IMG/VR virus record: IMGVR_UViG_3300049930_000038
Location: 1-60,016 of that record
Direction: 5' to 3' (one strand)
DNA length: 60,016 bases
DNA from: a virus
Lineage: Duplodnaviria; Caudoviricetes
This document shows, in pieces, positions 38,670-48,053 of the stretch. Position numbers and translations under genes: made by a program. The notes beneath the pieces were generated by a model. It saw nothing but the letters and a program-made list of their open reading frames with translations. It searched no databases and was not told the DNA's origin. Position 1 is the stretch's first letter. Every line of letters begins with the position of its first letter.

Positions 38670-39920
38670 TTACGCCAGTGTGTTCAGGATCAGCGCGCCG
38701 ACGTTGTTCGCGATGAACCTCGGATCCTCGCTGTACCCGGAAACCATCATCTGCCCGGCGTGCAGACCGCGGCGCGGCAGCTCGAACTCGCGGGTGATGA
38801 ACCCCGTGCCGCTCGGGCCGTTGAAACGCCAAGTCACGGCGGTCTGAATGTCCTCGGGATTGACGAGGCTACCCGTCGGCTTTCGCACGCCGACGACCGC
38901 CTCGCCCATGATGTAATCAATGTTGCCCGTCGACTCGTTCAGCACCTTGCCGCCGACGACGTGAATCGGGGCGAGGCCCGGGATCACGACGTCGCGCTTG
39001 CGATTGACGACATCCGGGCTCGGCGCGTTGTCGCCGAGCATCTGCCGGAAATACAGGCGCACGTTCGCGTTGCGCAGAAAGGCATTGAATACCGGCACCG
39101 ACATGAACCAGTCGGTGATCGGCATGATGCTGTTTTCCTCGGCGTCCTGCATATTGCGGATGGGATCGCCGTTCGTCGTGTCCCACTCGCTGCCGCCCGC
39201 GATCGTCGTGACGTTGTTCGCGTTCCAGTTGGCAGACGTCGTCAGCAGGCCCGAGCTGCCGAAAATCCGCACCTCGCGTTCGAGCGCGAGCGCCCATCGG
39301 ATCCGGCGCGCGAGCGCCTGCCGCGGGTCGTACGCCTTGCGCGCGGTGTACTGCGTCACGTTCGGGATGAACCCGCCGATGGCGCGATCCACGCAAATGA
39401 ACGTGCGCAGGATGGTTTCGGGGTCGACCTCGTTGATATCCGACTGCGTCGAGGCGAGCACGTTGACGACGCGGAAAGCGTTGTTTTCCGTGAACGTGCG
39501 GAACTGATCCGTCAGAAAGTCAGTCGGCACGATCGGCACGGCCTCGTCGGCACGGAACTCGTCGGGCGCGTACCCGGCGAGGAACGTATCGATCTCCTCG
39601 GCGACGTGCACGTCAGCCGGCTGCAGCGCGAGCATGATCTGCTGCCCTGCGCGCAGGCCGAGGTGCGGCACGTCACTCGCGAGGGCGAGGGCGATCTGCT
39701 GCTGACCGCCATACGCCTGCAGCTGTCGAGGGTCGACCCCGTACTGCTGCATCAGCTGCATTTGCTGACCGAGGTTCGGCATGCCGCCGCCGCCCGTCAG
39801 CAGCCCGCCGGGCGCCATGCCCTGCGTCTGCGAAAGCAGCTGACGGATGTCTGCGGTCAGGGCACCGGGCACCGGCATCAGGCCCGCGTTCGCGGGCATC
39901 CTGAAAATGTTCGGGTTCAT
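38670..39920 (-). CDS. Major capsid protein
   Basis: 416 aa after protease and cement genes; WDTTNGDPIRNM, IANNVGALILN; followed by terminator. Confidence 0.85.
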   Translation of the reverse strand: MNPNIFRMPANAGLMPVPGALTADIRQLLSQTQGMAPGGLLTGGGGMPNLGQQMQLMQQYGVDPRQLQAYGGQQQIALALASDVPHLGLRAGQQIMLALQPADVHVAEEIDTFLAGYAPDEFRADEAVPIVPTDFLTDQFRTFTENNAFRVVNVLASTQSDINEVDPETILRTFICVDRAIGGFIPNVTQYTARKAYDPRQALARRIRWALALEREVRIFGSSGLLTTSANWNANNVTTIAGGSEWDTTNGDPIRNMQDAEENSIMPITDWFMSVPVFNAFLRNANVRLYFRQMLGDNAPSPDVVNRKRDVVIPGLAPIHVVGGKVLNESTGNIDYIMGEAVVGVRKPTGSLVNPEDIQTAVTWRFNGPSGTGFITREFELPRRGLHAGQMMVSGYSEDPRFIANNVGALILNTLA

Positions 39921-39950
39921 CTGTGGGTTCGTTCCTGTTCGATGCCGGGG

Positions 39951-40343
39951 TTAGGCCGCGAGGATCGTCGGCTGACTCGCGAGCTCGACCTCGAGGATCT
40001 GCCCGAGTGCGGTCGACGCGACGACGGTGCGACCGATGACGCAGTTGCCTGCGGTCGCGAGGATGGCGCGACCGCTCGCGTCTGACATGACGTTGACGTT
40101 TTTCGCGACGGCAGCGCCTGCCTCGATCGTCGCCTTGCCTTTCACCTGCACGTCGCCGGTGATGCCGTTGACAATGGCGTTCATCGTTACCCCGTAGTAC
40201 GGGGCGGTCGCTGCAGCGGCCTGCGCGATCTGATCGGTCGCCGCGCCGTGCACGACGATCCGGTTCGCGGCAATGGTGCTGCCGCTGAGGTTTAGGCCGG
40301 GGCGTACGCCGCCATCCGGCACGATGCGACGGGGTTCGGGCAT
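39951..40343 (-). CDS. Capsid cement/decoration protein (DUF2190-like)
   Basis: GDVQVKGKATIEAGAAV...SDASGRAI. Confidence 0.8.
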   Translation of the reverse strand: MPEPRRIVPDGGVRPGLNLSGSTIAANRIVVHGAATDQIAQAAAATAPYYGVTMNAIVNGITGDVQVKGKATIEAGAAVAKNVNVMSDASGRAILATAGNCVIGRTVVASTALGQILEVELASQPTILAA

Positions 40344-40433
40344 GTGTGATCCTTGCGAGGGTTACTGCTGTTCGGTGTCTGCTGCGCAGCGCGCCTGATG
40401 CCGGTCAGGCGCGCAACGGCGAGGGGTCGTTCG

Positions 40434-42071
40434 TCAGGCGGCGGCGCCGACGATCAGGTGTGCGTTCGCTCGGCGCCATGCGCTCGCGCGCGACACTTGC
40501 GTGCCGTGGTCGAGCTTGGCGAATGCAGCGTCGCTGCTCGACAGCATCGACATGATCTGCTCGGTCTGGTTGCGACCGCTGTACTGCGACAGGTCGACGG
40601 CGCCCTGCGGCTGCGGCTGCTGCTGCGACAGCTGCAGGGGTTGCCCGGGCTGCGGGTAACCGTGCGGGGCGGCGCGGAACGCCGGCTGCTGCGATTGCAT
40701 GATGGGCGCGTGCACGGCGCCGGGCGGCGCGTACTGCGTCGAGTGCCCCTGCGCGCCCGGGCCCGCAGCGAACGTCGTCGTCAGGTGCATGTGCGCCGGG
40801 TTCGTCGGCACCCCGTAGTGAGTCAGGAACACGGCACGCCCCTGCGCGCGGGCGGCTCGCACCTTGCCGACATCTTTCTGATCGGCAGGCGGCAGCTTAT
40901 GGATCTCGGTCTGCACGAGCTGACTGCGATGGGCAGCGAGCGAGTGCACGAGCGACGGGTCATTGAACCGCCGCGAGCTGAACGCGGCCGCGACGTCCTG
41001 CTGCTCGACCTCGGTATCGGCAGTCGCGTCGGCCCGCATCAGCGCGTCGAACTGCGCGAGCAGCTCGGTCAGCTTGCCGCGCGCGCCCATCAGGTCCGGC
41101 AGCGCGCCGATGGCATCAGCCGCAGCGCCCATGCCGAGGGCTTTCAGCAGCCCGGCGAGGTCGTTCGCTGCGGTCGAGGCGTTCTCGGCGGCGCGGATGA
41201 TGCTGCCGTCGGATGCTTCGGGGTTCAGAGAATACAGGCGGCACAGTGTCGATCGGAGGTCTGCAGATAACGCGGTCATGGCTATCCCTTGGGTTGAGGG
41301 TGCGCCCGCGTGTGCCTCCGAGGACTGCGCCCTGATGTTTACACTACCGGCGGGCGCGAGGCCAGCCGCGCGGTTTGCTGCAGCGAGCGGCAGCAGGTCG
41401 CGAATGAACGGGTGATTCGTGAACGCGATGCTCGTCAGCACCGCGCCGATCGGCTTGCCCGTGACGTAATGCACGCCCGCCGGGTTCCACGCGATCGATA
41501 CCGAATTGTATTCGTCGGCGTCGATCTGCCGCCGGATCTGATCGCCGAGCTTGGCGAGCGCCCATAGCGTCGGCTGCCCGTCGTCGCCCGGGCGCACGTC
41601 GAGCTCGATGACCCATCCGATGGCAGGCGCGCCCTGCGTCGGGATGGCGCCCTCGAACGGCGGCATTTCGGACGCATGCTCATAATCGAACTGAACGATG
41701 CGGCTCGTGTTCCCGCCGGCGTACGGCTTGCCGTCGAGCTCGACCGCGCCGACGCTGAATTTCGGGTCGCCATACTTGGGATCGGCGCGAAAGTTTCGCA
41801 CCATTTCGGCGAACGTCTCGCCCGTCAGCGTGAACTCGCCCTGATGGTGCCCCTTATACGTGCCGGGGTTCGCGACGTGCAGCCACTTGAACGCCGGCGT
41901 CGGCTTGCGTGCGGGCGCTGCTGCGTCCGCAGGCGCCGCCTGCGGGGTCACCTCGATGTCGTTCGCCGGCGGCAGCTGCGGGGCAGCGAACGCGAGCACG
42001 GTGTGCCCGAACTCGGTTGCTCGATTGACGTAACACTGCACCCGAGGGGCAGGCGCGGCGGTCGCGACCAT
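40434..42071 (-). CDS. Mu I-like prohead protease / scaffold
   Basis: FDYEHAS, EYNSVSIAW, SIAFTNHPFI; helical C-terminal half. Confidence 0.88.
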   Translation of the reverse strand: MVATAAPAPRVQCYVNRATEFGHTVLAFAAPQLPPANDIEVTPQAAPADAAAPARKPTPAFKWLHVANPGTYKGHHQGEFTLTGETFAEMVRNFRADPKYGDPKFSVGAVELDGKPYAGGNTSRIVQFDYEHASEMPPFEGAIPTQGAPAIGWVIELDVRPGDDGQPTLWALAKLGDQIRRQIDADEYNSVSIAWNPAGVHYVTGKPIGAVLTSIAFTNHPFIRDLLPLAAANRAAGLAPAGSVNIRAQSSEAHAGAPSTQGIAMTALSADLRSTLCRLYSLNPEASDGSIIRAAENASTAANDLAGLLKALGMGAAADAIGALPDLMGARGKLTELLAQFDALMRADATADTEVEQQDVAAAFSSRRFNDPSLVHSLAAHRSQLVQTEIHKLPPADQKDVGKVRAARAQGRAVFLTHYGVPTNPAHMHLTTTFAAGPGAQGHSTQYAPPGAVHAPIMQSQQPAFRAAPHGYPQPGQPLQLSQQQPQPQGAVDLSQYSGRNQTEQIMSMLSSSDAAFAKLDHGTQVSRASAWRRANAHLIVGAAA

Positions 42072-42079
42072 ATGCCGCA

Positions 42080-42108
42080 ACGGTACGCGCGTGTTCCACT
42101 ATGGGCAA
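42080..42108 (-). promoter_or_regulatory. Sigma70-like promoter, leaderless
   Basis: TTGCCC-N17-TACCGT, 8 nt before ATG 42071. Confidence 0.6.
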
Positions 42109-42175
42109 GCCGTCCGGCACGGCGAGCTCGTCGCGCTAGTACTCGGGCGACGAGCTCGTCAGCGCGACGACGCCG

Positions 42176-42352
42176 TCAGTCGAGCCACCCGCGCGCTGCC
42201 CCGTACGTCAGCAGCACCTCGACGTTGACGCGCCCCTGCCACCTGTCGAGCCTCGCCTGCCATCGTTTGCGCGACGGCGACGGATCCGCCTCGACCTCGG
42301 CGAGGAACTCGTCGGTCAGCTTTTCCAATTCGAAACGTTCCTCGTCGGTCAC
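42176..42352 (-). CDS. Small protein coupled to MuF (candidate immunity)
   Basis: GTGA overlap with MuF stop; 58 aa MTDEERFELEKLTDEFL... Confidence 0.6.
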   Translation of the reverse strand: MTDEERFELEKLTDEFLAEVEADPSPSRKRWQARLDRWQGRVNVEVLLTYGAARGWLD

Positions 42353-44172
42353 TTCAGGCCTTTCAGCTTTAGCACCTTGCGCACGAGGCGCAGCGTTCGC
42401 GGCGCGTTCTGCTGCAGCCACGGGCGCGGATAGTACCGGTACGCCGTCAGCGACTCGGCCCAAAATTCGAACCGATCGGTCATGCCGTACCGGCTGACGT
42501 TCTGCCGATCCGAGCGCATGAACTCGCGATGGATCGCGATGTCGGCCTCGTCGTTCGGGTCGGGCCCGGCGTCGAGCTCGGCGCGCGTCGTCGCCGACAG
42601 CCGCGACATGTGCATGTGATGCGCGAACTCGTGACACGCCGTCATCTCGACGACCTGCTCGCGCGACTGCGCGATGTCCTGACTGTTCTGCGGGACGTCG
42701 CGGCCGCCCCGCTCGCGAGGCATGAACTCGGCGATGCTGCGCCGTTTCAGGAACGGCTCGATGTGCCCGTCGCCCATGCCGACGCGCAGGCGTCGGGTGT
42801 TTTTCCAATAGACCCCGCCCGTGTATTTGGGCAGGACGTTCGCGCCGTGCAGGTTGTCCGTCGCCCGCTCGCTCGACGTCAGCTGCAGGTCGTGCAGCTG
42901 CGCGATGCGCCCGCCGTCGGCCTTGCCGCCCTTGCCGAGGGCGACCTCGAACCCGCGCGCGGTCGCCCGCTGCAGCGCCTCGGGCGCGCTGCCCTGCACC
43001 TCGGGCTGCGGCACGCCGAGCCGATCGAACGTCGCGGCCGCCGGCGGCGGCGGTTTCGGCTTGCGCGGCGCGCGAGGCTTGCGCGGTTTCTGCGGCACGG
43101 TGTCGTTCGCCGGCAGCGGGCCCGGGTCGTTCGCCGGCGGCAGGTGCGGCGGCAGCTGCGGCGGCGGCACCTCGAGCTGCGACAGCCCGCTCGTGAACCC
43201 GGGGTCGGGCAGACCGCGCAGCGAGCGCCCGCTGACGACGAGCGGCTCGCCCTCGCGCCTCGACAGCGAGCGCACCCGGCAGCGGCACTGATACCCGAAC
43301 GGCGGGTATGCCTCGAGCCAAAAGGGATCGTCGGCGCGCAGCACGACGAGGTGCGCCGCCTGATGCGCCGGGCGCTGCCGGGGCGGCCCGTCGTTGACCG
43401 TGACGATCTGCCAAAAAGGCCGATACCGCAGCACCGTCGGCTGCGTCATCTGCTGCGCGCGCCCGGCGTTGTAGGCGCTGCCGACGTTCGTCCGCAGCAC
43501 GTTCTCGACGTGCGAGTCGTTCAGCGGTGTCCAGCCCGCTTGCTCGAGCCGGGGCACGACGCGGTTCGAAAAGTCGCGCAGGTCGGCGCCCTCGCTGACC
43601 TGCCGCACGAGCTCGCGCTGCACGGTGCGCACGATGTCGGCCGTCGCCGCGCCGGCGACCGTGACCGAGCGCCGGCGGGCCGCGTCTGACAGGCTGTCGT
43701 ACACGTCGCGGGTGACCGGCTGCCGTTGCTCGAACTGCTTGCGCGCGTCCTTTACCGGCCGCGTCGCGAACGCGGGGTCGGTGCTGCGGTCGTACGGGGC
43801 GAGCAGGATCGGGGCGTGCAGCGCGGCGAACGAGGGCACTGCGACGGGGCGGTCGGTGCGCGCCTCGAAATCCGCGTCGAGCGCGCCGAGCATCGCCCCG
43901 TGCTCGAGCTCGGCCTGCAGCGGCAGCGCCATGCGGCGCACCGGCCACTCGCGCGCGGTCCGTTTGATGGCGGCGTGAATCGCCTTGGCGCTCGACAGGC
44001 CGTGCGTCGCCTTGGCGATGGCGATGCCGAGCCGCTCGGTCTGCGCCGCGAGCAGGTCGGTGCCCTGCTCGATGATGTCCTCGGGCGAGCCGAACACCGA
44101 CCGCGGCTGCGCCGGCGGCTTGCGTCGCCGGCGGGCGAGCTGCACCCCGCCGCAGTGCCCGCAGGTGTTCAC
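42349..44172 (-). CDS. MuF minor head protein with C-terminal HExxH metallopeptidase domain
   Basis: RTNVGSAYNAGR, DPFW...YPPFGYQCRCRV; later HEFAH...VSRYG...EFWAE. Confidence 0.88.
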   Translation of the reverse strand: MNTCGHCGGVQLARRRRKPPAQPRSVFGSPEDIIEQGTDLLAAQTERLGIAIAKATHGLSSAKAIHAAIKRTAREWPVRRMALPLQAELEHGAMLGALDADFEARTDRPVAVPSFAALHAPILLAPYDRSTDPAFATRPVKDARKQFEQRQPVTRDVYDSLSDAARRRSVTVAGAATADIVRTVQRELVRQVSEGADLRDFSNRVVPRLEQAGWTPLNDSHVENVLRTNVGSAYNAGRAQQMTQPTVLRYRPFWQIVTVNDGPPRQRPAHQAAHLVVLRADDPFWLEAYPPFGYQCRCRVRSLSRREGEPLVVSGRSLRGLPDPGFTSGLSQLEVPPPQLPPHLPPANDPGPLPANDTVPQKPRKPRAPRKPKPPPPAAATFDRLGVPQPEVQGSAPEALQRATARGFEVALGKGGKADGGRIAQLHDLQLTSSERATDNLHGANVLPKYTGGVYWKNTRRLRVGMGDGHIEPFLKRRSIAEFMPRERGGRDVPQNSQDIAQSREQVVEMTACHEFAHHMHMSRLSATTRAELDAGPDPNDEADIAIHREFMRSDRQNVSRYGMTDRFEFWAESLTAYRYYPRPWLQQNAPRTLRLVRKVLKLKGLK

Positions 44173-46025
44173 GGGGTCAGCGTGCCGCGCGCGTCCTCGT
44201 CGTCACCTGGACCCGGCGACGGCTGCAGCTCGTCGTCGCCCTGGGCTCCCGGCGACGAGGGCGGGTCGCGACGCGTTCTCGACGACGGGGCACCGATCGG
44301 TTTCCACGCGACAGGCCAGTGCGCCTTTCCGTCGGGTCCCATCTCGACCGTACGCTCGCGCTCGATGCCGCACAGCGGGCAGCGGTTCTGCCGGTTATGG
44401 GCGCAGCGGTCGATGCCGAGCTCGGTCATCTGCCGGGCGAGCTCGGCGATATCGTCCGGGCTGTCGACGTCGTCGCCCATGGAAGGCGGCGACCCGGGCG
44501 GCAGCTGCGGCGGCACGGCACCCGGCGGCAGGCCCGGCACGCCGGGCCCGAGGTCGTCTTCGCCGGGGTTGTTCGCCGCCTCGGGCGAGTCGAGCAGCTC
44601 GCCCGGCGCCGGCGCCTTGCCGATGGGATACACGACCTCGGGCGCCGGCGGCGGCGTCTGCTGACCGAGCTCGGCAGGGCGCTGCGTCCGGATCACATAG
44701 GGCTCGTCGGCGCGCACCTCGCGAATGCCGACGCGCTGCCGGTATTCCTCGAGCGAGACGGGCACGCCGTCGTCGATGGCGCCGCGCAGGCGCTCGCGTT
44801 CCGCCTTGCGATCGAGGGGCGGGTCGGTGCGCAGCGTGAACTTAGGCGCGTGCGTCACGGCCTCGGGCCCATAGTTCACGATGACGATCGCGTCGGTCAG
44901 CTTGTCCTCGACCGTCTCGCTGATGCGTCGCGCGTCGCCTGCGATCAGCAGATCCTCGCCCGACTGCTGCACGTTCGCCGTGTTCGACCCGAGCCCGGTC
45001 GGCTTGCTATCGGTCGTAAGCACGTTGCCGAGGAACAGTTTCGACAGCACGTCGCGGCTGTCGGTGATCACGGCGGCGTGCACCTGCCCCGCACCCTGCT
45101 CGGGCTGCACGACCTGCACGTCGACGTTCGCCGGCATGCGCGCCGTGTTGTGATACCCGAGCAACGTCAGCGCCTGAAACCCCTGCTGCAGCGCCTCGAC
45201 GTTGATCGGTGGCATGCCCGTGCCCGTGCGCGGGATCATGATGCGCCACGGCTTGCCGAATATTTCCATCAGCTCGAGCTGCTCGCGCACGCCGAACCGG
45301 CCAAAAAACGACCAGTAAAGGGTACGGTACGCGAGGCCCTCGCGTTCCTGATAGTCGCCGAACATGCGCGGCCGGAACGTGACGAACTTGTAAGGGATGC
45401 ACTCGACGGCGAAACCCACGTCGGTGAAATTGCCGACCTGCCGCATCGGGTCGATGACGCGCAGGTCGCGGTCGGGCCCGAACGAAAGCCGGCGCGGATG
45501 GATCCAATGCAGGTCGCGCACGTTCCACTCGCGCCCGTAGCGACACCATTCGATCTCGCTGCAGCTGCGCCCGTCGAACACACCCCATGCGAGATCCGTC
45601 AGGCGGTCGCGAAAGTTTGGGATCTGATCGAGCGCCTCGCGCGCATGCGCCGCATAGTCTTTCGCGCGGCCCGGATCGATGCCGCGGCCCGTCGCCGGCG
45701 TGACGTCGAAATCGAGGGCGCCGATCCGCCCGAGCCGTTTCTGCAGCAGCGAGCTGACGTGCCCGTCGAGCGCGATCGTCTCGCGCGACAGGTCGGTGAT
45801 GCGCGACATGATGCCCATGTTCGCCGAGCGGATCGCGCCGTCGATGCGGTCGAGGTCGAGGCTGCGCCCGAACTGTGGCCGGTACTGCTCGTTCGCCGGG
45901 ATGTGCCCGGCGAAATAGTTACGCCCGAGCAGCCCCGGGTTCGGCGGCACCATCGGCGCGTATGACGTCGCGCGCAGCGCGCTTTCGTTCGCGTAGTAGC
46001 GATTCAGGTCGAGGGCGGCTGTCAC
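44169..46025 (-). CDS. Portal protein (Mu gp29 / DUF935-like)
   Basis: DGHVSSLLQKR, GRSCSEIEW, MEIFGKPWR, SKLFLGNVLTTD. Confidence 0.9.
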   Translation of the reverse strand: MTAALDLNRYYANESALRATSYAPMVPPNPGLLGRNYFAGHIPANEQYRPQFGRSLDLDRIDGAIRSANMGIMSRITDLSRETIALDGHVSSLLQKRLGRIGALDFDVTPATGRGIDPGRAKDYAAHAREALDQIPNFRDRLTDLAWGVFDGRSCSEIEWCRYGREWNVRDLHWIHPRRLSFGPDRDLRVIDPMRQVGNFTDVGFAVECIPYKFVTFRPRMFGDYQEREGLAYRTLYWSFFGRFGVREQLELMEIFGKPWRIMIPRTGTGMPPINVEALQQGFQALTLLGYHNTARMPANVDVQVVQPEQGAGQVHAAVITDSRDVLSKLFLGNVLTTDSKPTGLGSNTANVQQSGEDLLIAGDARRISETVEDKLTDAIVIVNYGPEAVTHAPKFTLRTDPPLDRKAERERLRGAIDDGVPVSLEEYRQRVGIREVRADEPYVIRTQRPAELGQQTPPPAPEVVYPIGKAPAPGELLDSPEAANNPGEDDLGPGVPGLPPGAVPPQLPPGSPPSMGDDVDSPDDIAELARQMTELGIDRCAHNRQNRCPLCGIERERTVEMGPDGKAHWPVAWKPIGAPSSRTRRDPPSSPGAQGDDELQPSPGPGDDEDARGTLTP

Positions 46026-46032
46026 GCCGCAT

Positions 46033-46061
46033 AGGTTATCCCTCGGCGGGCGTTACGTCAC
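46033..46061 (-). promoter_or_regulatory. Sigma70-like promoter, leaderless
   Basis: GTGACG-N17-TAACCT, 7 nt before GTG 46025. Confidence 0.6.
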
Positions 46062-46273
46062 GCCCGGCGGCCCGAGCTCGCGCCGGCGTCAGCGACGCGA
46101 CGCCGCCGAGCCCGCAGCTGCGACTGCCACACCTGACCGAGCAGGCAGGTCGCGACGGCGCCGATGACCGCAGGCCACCGGCTGCCGCCGAGGCACAGCC
46201 CGATGACGCCGCCGATCAGGATGCCCCCGGCGAACAGCAGCGCGACCCACCGCAGCGCATGGCGCAGGGTCAA
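46058..46273 (-). CDS. Small two-TM membrane protein
   Basis: TTG start overlapping upstream stop; two hydrophobic segments. Confidence 0.55.
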   Translation of the reverse strand: MTLRHALRWVALLFAGGILIGGVIGLCLGGSRWPAVIGAVATCLLGQVWQSQLRARRRRVADAGASSGRRA

Positions 46274-46434
46274 AACGGCATCTCTGCGTCGCGAGCTCGC
46301 GCTGCCCATCGCCATCGGGATCGCGCCGGGTCCTGCCACGGGCGCCCGCGGTACGTCGAGCGCCATCGCGGATCCATCCACGCCCGGAACGGCGTCGACC
46401 GGCAGCGCCGGCGACGGTCGCGCAGGCGCATCAT
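46270..46434 (-). CDS. Arg/Trp-rich 54-aa peptide (not in ORF track)
   Basis: MMRLRDRRRRCRSTPFRAWMDPRW...EMPF, coupled on both sides. Confidence 0.45.
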   Translation of the reverse strand: MMRLRDRRRRCRSTPFRAWMDPRWRSTYRGRPWQDPARSRWRWAARARDAEMPF

Positions 46435-46625
46435 CGCTGCCCTGCTTTCCGCGGTCCCTCGTGCAACGCCTGCCGCCCGTTGATCGTGATGAACAGCTGC
46501 CGTCGGTTCGACCCATCGCCGCAGGCGACGGGCAGGTGCTGCAGCTTGACGACGGGCCCGGCGCGCCGCTCGAGCTCGGCGCGCTGCTGCGGGTCGTCGT
46601 CGCCCTTTCGCAGCTCGTCGGGCAT
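46431..46625 (-). CDS. Hypothetical protein
   Basis: ATG 46625 overlapping upstream stop. Confidence 0.5.
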   Translation of the reverse strand: MPDELRKGDDDPQQRAELERRAGPVVKLQHLPVACGDGSNRRQLFITINGRQALHEGPRKAGQR

Positions 46626-46879
46626 CAGTCCTCGAACCCCGGGATCCGAGGGCGCTCGTCGGGCACCGCGACGGGAACCCGGGAAACGCGGTCGTGCGGC
46701 GGGCAGTAGTGCGCGACGCCGGCGACCGGGGCAGCGTGTTTTTTGCACATGACCCGGCTGCAGCTGCGATGCGGCGCGCCGTTGCGCGAGGCGATGGGAT
46801 AGTCGCACAGATAGAACCCGGGCTGCCCGCAGGTCGCGCACGCCGGGCGCTTGCCGCCCTTGCCGAGGGTTTCAGTCAC
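46625..46879 (-). CDS. Zinc-finger protein
   Basis: CATC...LCDYP...CSRVMCKKH...YCPPH. Confidence 0.7.
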   Translation of the reverse strand: MTETLGKGGKRPACATCGQPGFYLCDYPIASRNGAPHRSCSRVMCKKHAAPVAGVAHYCPPHDRVSRVPVAVPDERPRIPGFED

Positions 46880-47471
46880 TCGACCCCCCGCCGCTGTCGC
46901 CGCCCGAGCTGCCGCCCGAGTCGCCGCCGCCGGTGTCGCTGTACCCGCCGCCGTTGTCACCCGAGCTCGGCGCGTCCCACCCGCCCGAGGCGCCGCCGCC
47001 GGCGAACGACCCGCCGCCGCCCTCGAACGTCGTCGAGGAAAGCGACATTTCAGGCGCAGCGCCGCCGCCCGAGCTCGACAGGTCGAGGGGCACGGGGTCG
47101 CCATAGTAGACCGGCGAGGGCGACGCCGGCGCCGAGGGTCGCCGGAACGGGCCGCGGTCGACCCGCGCCGGGGTCGGCGAGCTGCCGCCGCCGCCGCCGC
47201 CCGGGAACACCGTTGCCCGGACGGTGCCCTGGATCGTCCTGCCGCTCGCGCCGGTTCCGGCAGCGACCCGCTGCGCCGGCGGGTGTGGCCACACTCGCGG
47301 CGCGTACGCCTGCGGGCGCTCGCGAGGGTCGATGCGACCGTCGTACGCCGCAGCGAGGCGCCGGCGTTTCTCGCGGCTGACGAGCCACGCTCGCGCGATG
47401 ATGCCTGCCGCCGCGACGAGGGCGAGGCCGGCCGCTGCTATCGCGATCGTTCCGATGATGTCGTCGTTCAT
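46872..47471 (-). CDS. Membrane protein with Gly/Ser-rich tail
   Basis: N-terminal TM; FEGGGGSFAGGGASGGW. Confidence 0.7.
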   Translation of the reverse strand: MNDDIIGTIAIAAAGLALVAAAGIIARAWLVSREKRRRLAAAYDGRIDPRERPQAYAPRVWPHPPAQRVAAGTGASGRTIQGTVRATVFPGGGGGGSSPTPARVDRGPFRRPSAPASPSPVYYGDPVPLDLSSSGGGAAPEMSLSSTTFEGGGGSFAGGGASGGWDAPSSGDNGGGYSDTGGGDSGGSSGGDSGGGSSD

Positions 47472-47737
47472 TCGTCGTGTCCGTTCGGGGTGGGTTTCAG
47501 GGGCGGCGGGCCCGCCGCGTTCATCTCGCCGAGGCACAGCACGGGCAGCAGCTCGACGGCGTGCGTCGGCTCGGGCGCCTCGCTGCCGTCCCATGCCCTG
47601 CCGCAGGCCGTGCACTCGTAAAAGTGCACGGCCGGCTCGACCCCGCTTTTCGTTGCCACCCGAGGGCGCAGCGAGGTCGAGCCGCAGGCGCCGCACGCCG
47701 GGCGCCATGGGTCGTCGGTGTCGCTACTGCCCGTCAT
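47468..47737 (-). CDS. Zinc-ribbon protein
   Basis: CGACGS...YECTACGRAW. Confidence 0.6.
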   Translation of the reverse strand: MTGSSDTDDPWRPACGACGSTSLRPRVATKSGVEPAVHFYECTACGRAWDGSEAPEPTHAVELLPVLCLGEMNAAGPPPLKPTPNGHDE

Positions 47738-48020
47738 ACTGCGACGCCGCAGTCGAAAGGGCGACGACCGCTGCGCCGAGCGCGAGCTGCGCGTCGTTGA
47801 CGACCTGATAGGCGGCGGCCCATGCCGGATCGGCGTTGCGCGCCGTCGCGAGCGCTGCCGTCTGCGCCGCCATCGCCGAGGCGACCGCCGCCGACTCGGC
47901 GGCACACGCTGCCTGCGCCGCGTTCTCGAGTGCATTGAACGCGGCGCTCGCCGTCGCGAGGTCGTTCTGCGCGTCGAGCACGCCCTGCGCCGCCGTTTGG
48001 ATCTCTGCTGCTGTGGCCAT
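47724..48020 (-). CDS. Ala-rich helical protein
   Basis: 98 aa, AAGGGA SD. Confidence 0.7.
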   Translation of the reverse strand: MATAAEIQTAAQGVLDAQNDLATASAAFNALENAAQAACAAESAAVASAMAAQTAALATARNADPAWAAAYQVVNDAQLALGAAVVALSTAASQYDGQ

Positions 48021-48053
48021 AGGTTCCCTTTTCTGCGGCTGTGCCGCGTTGAC

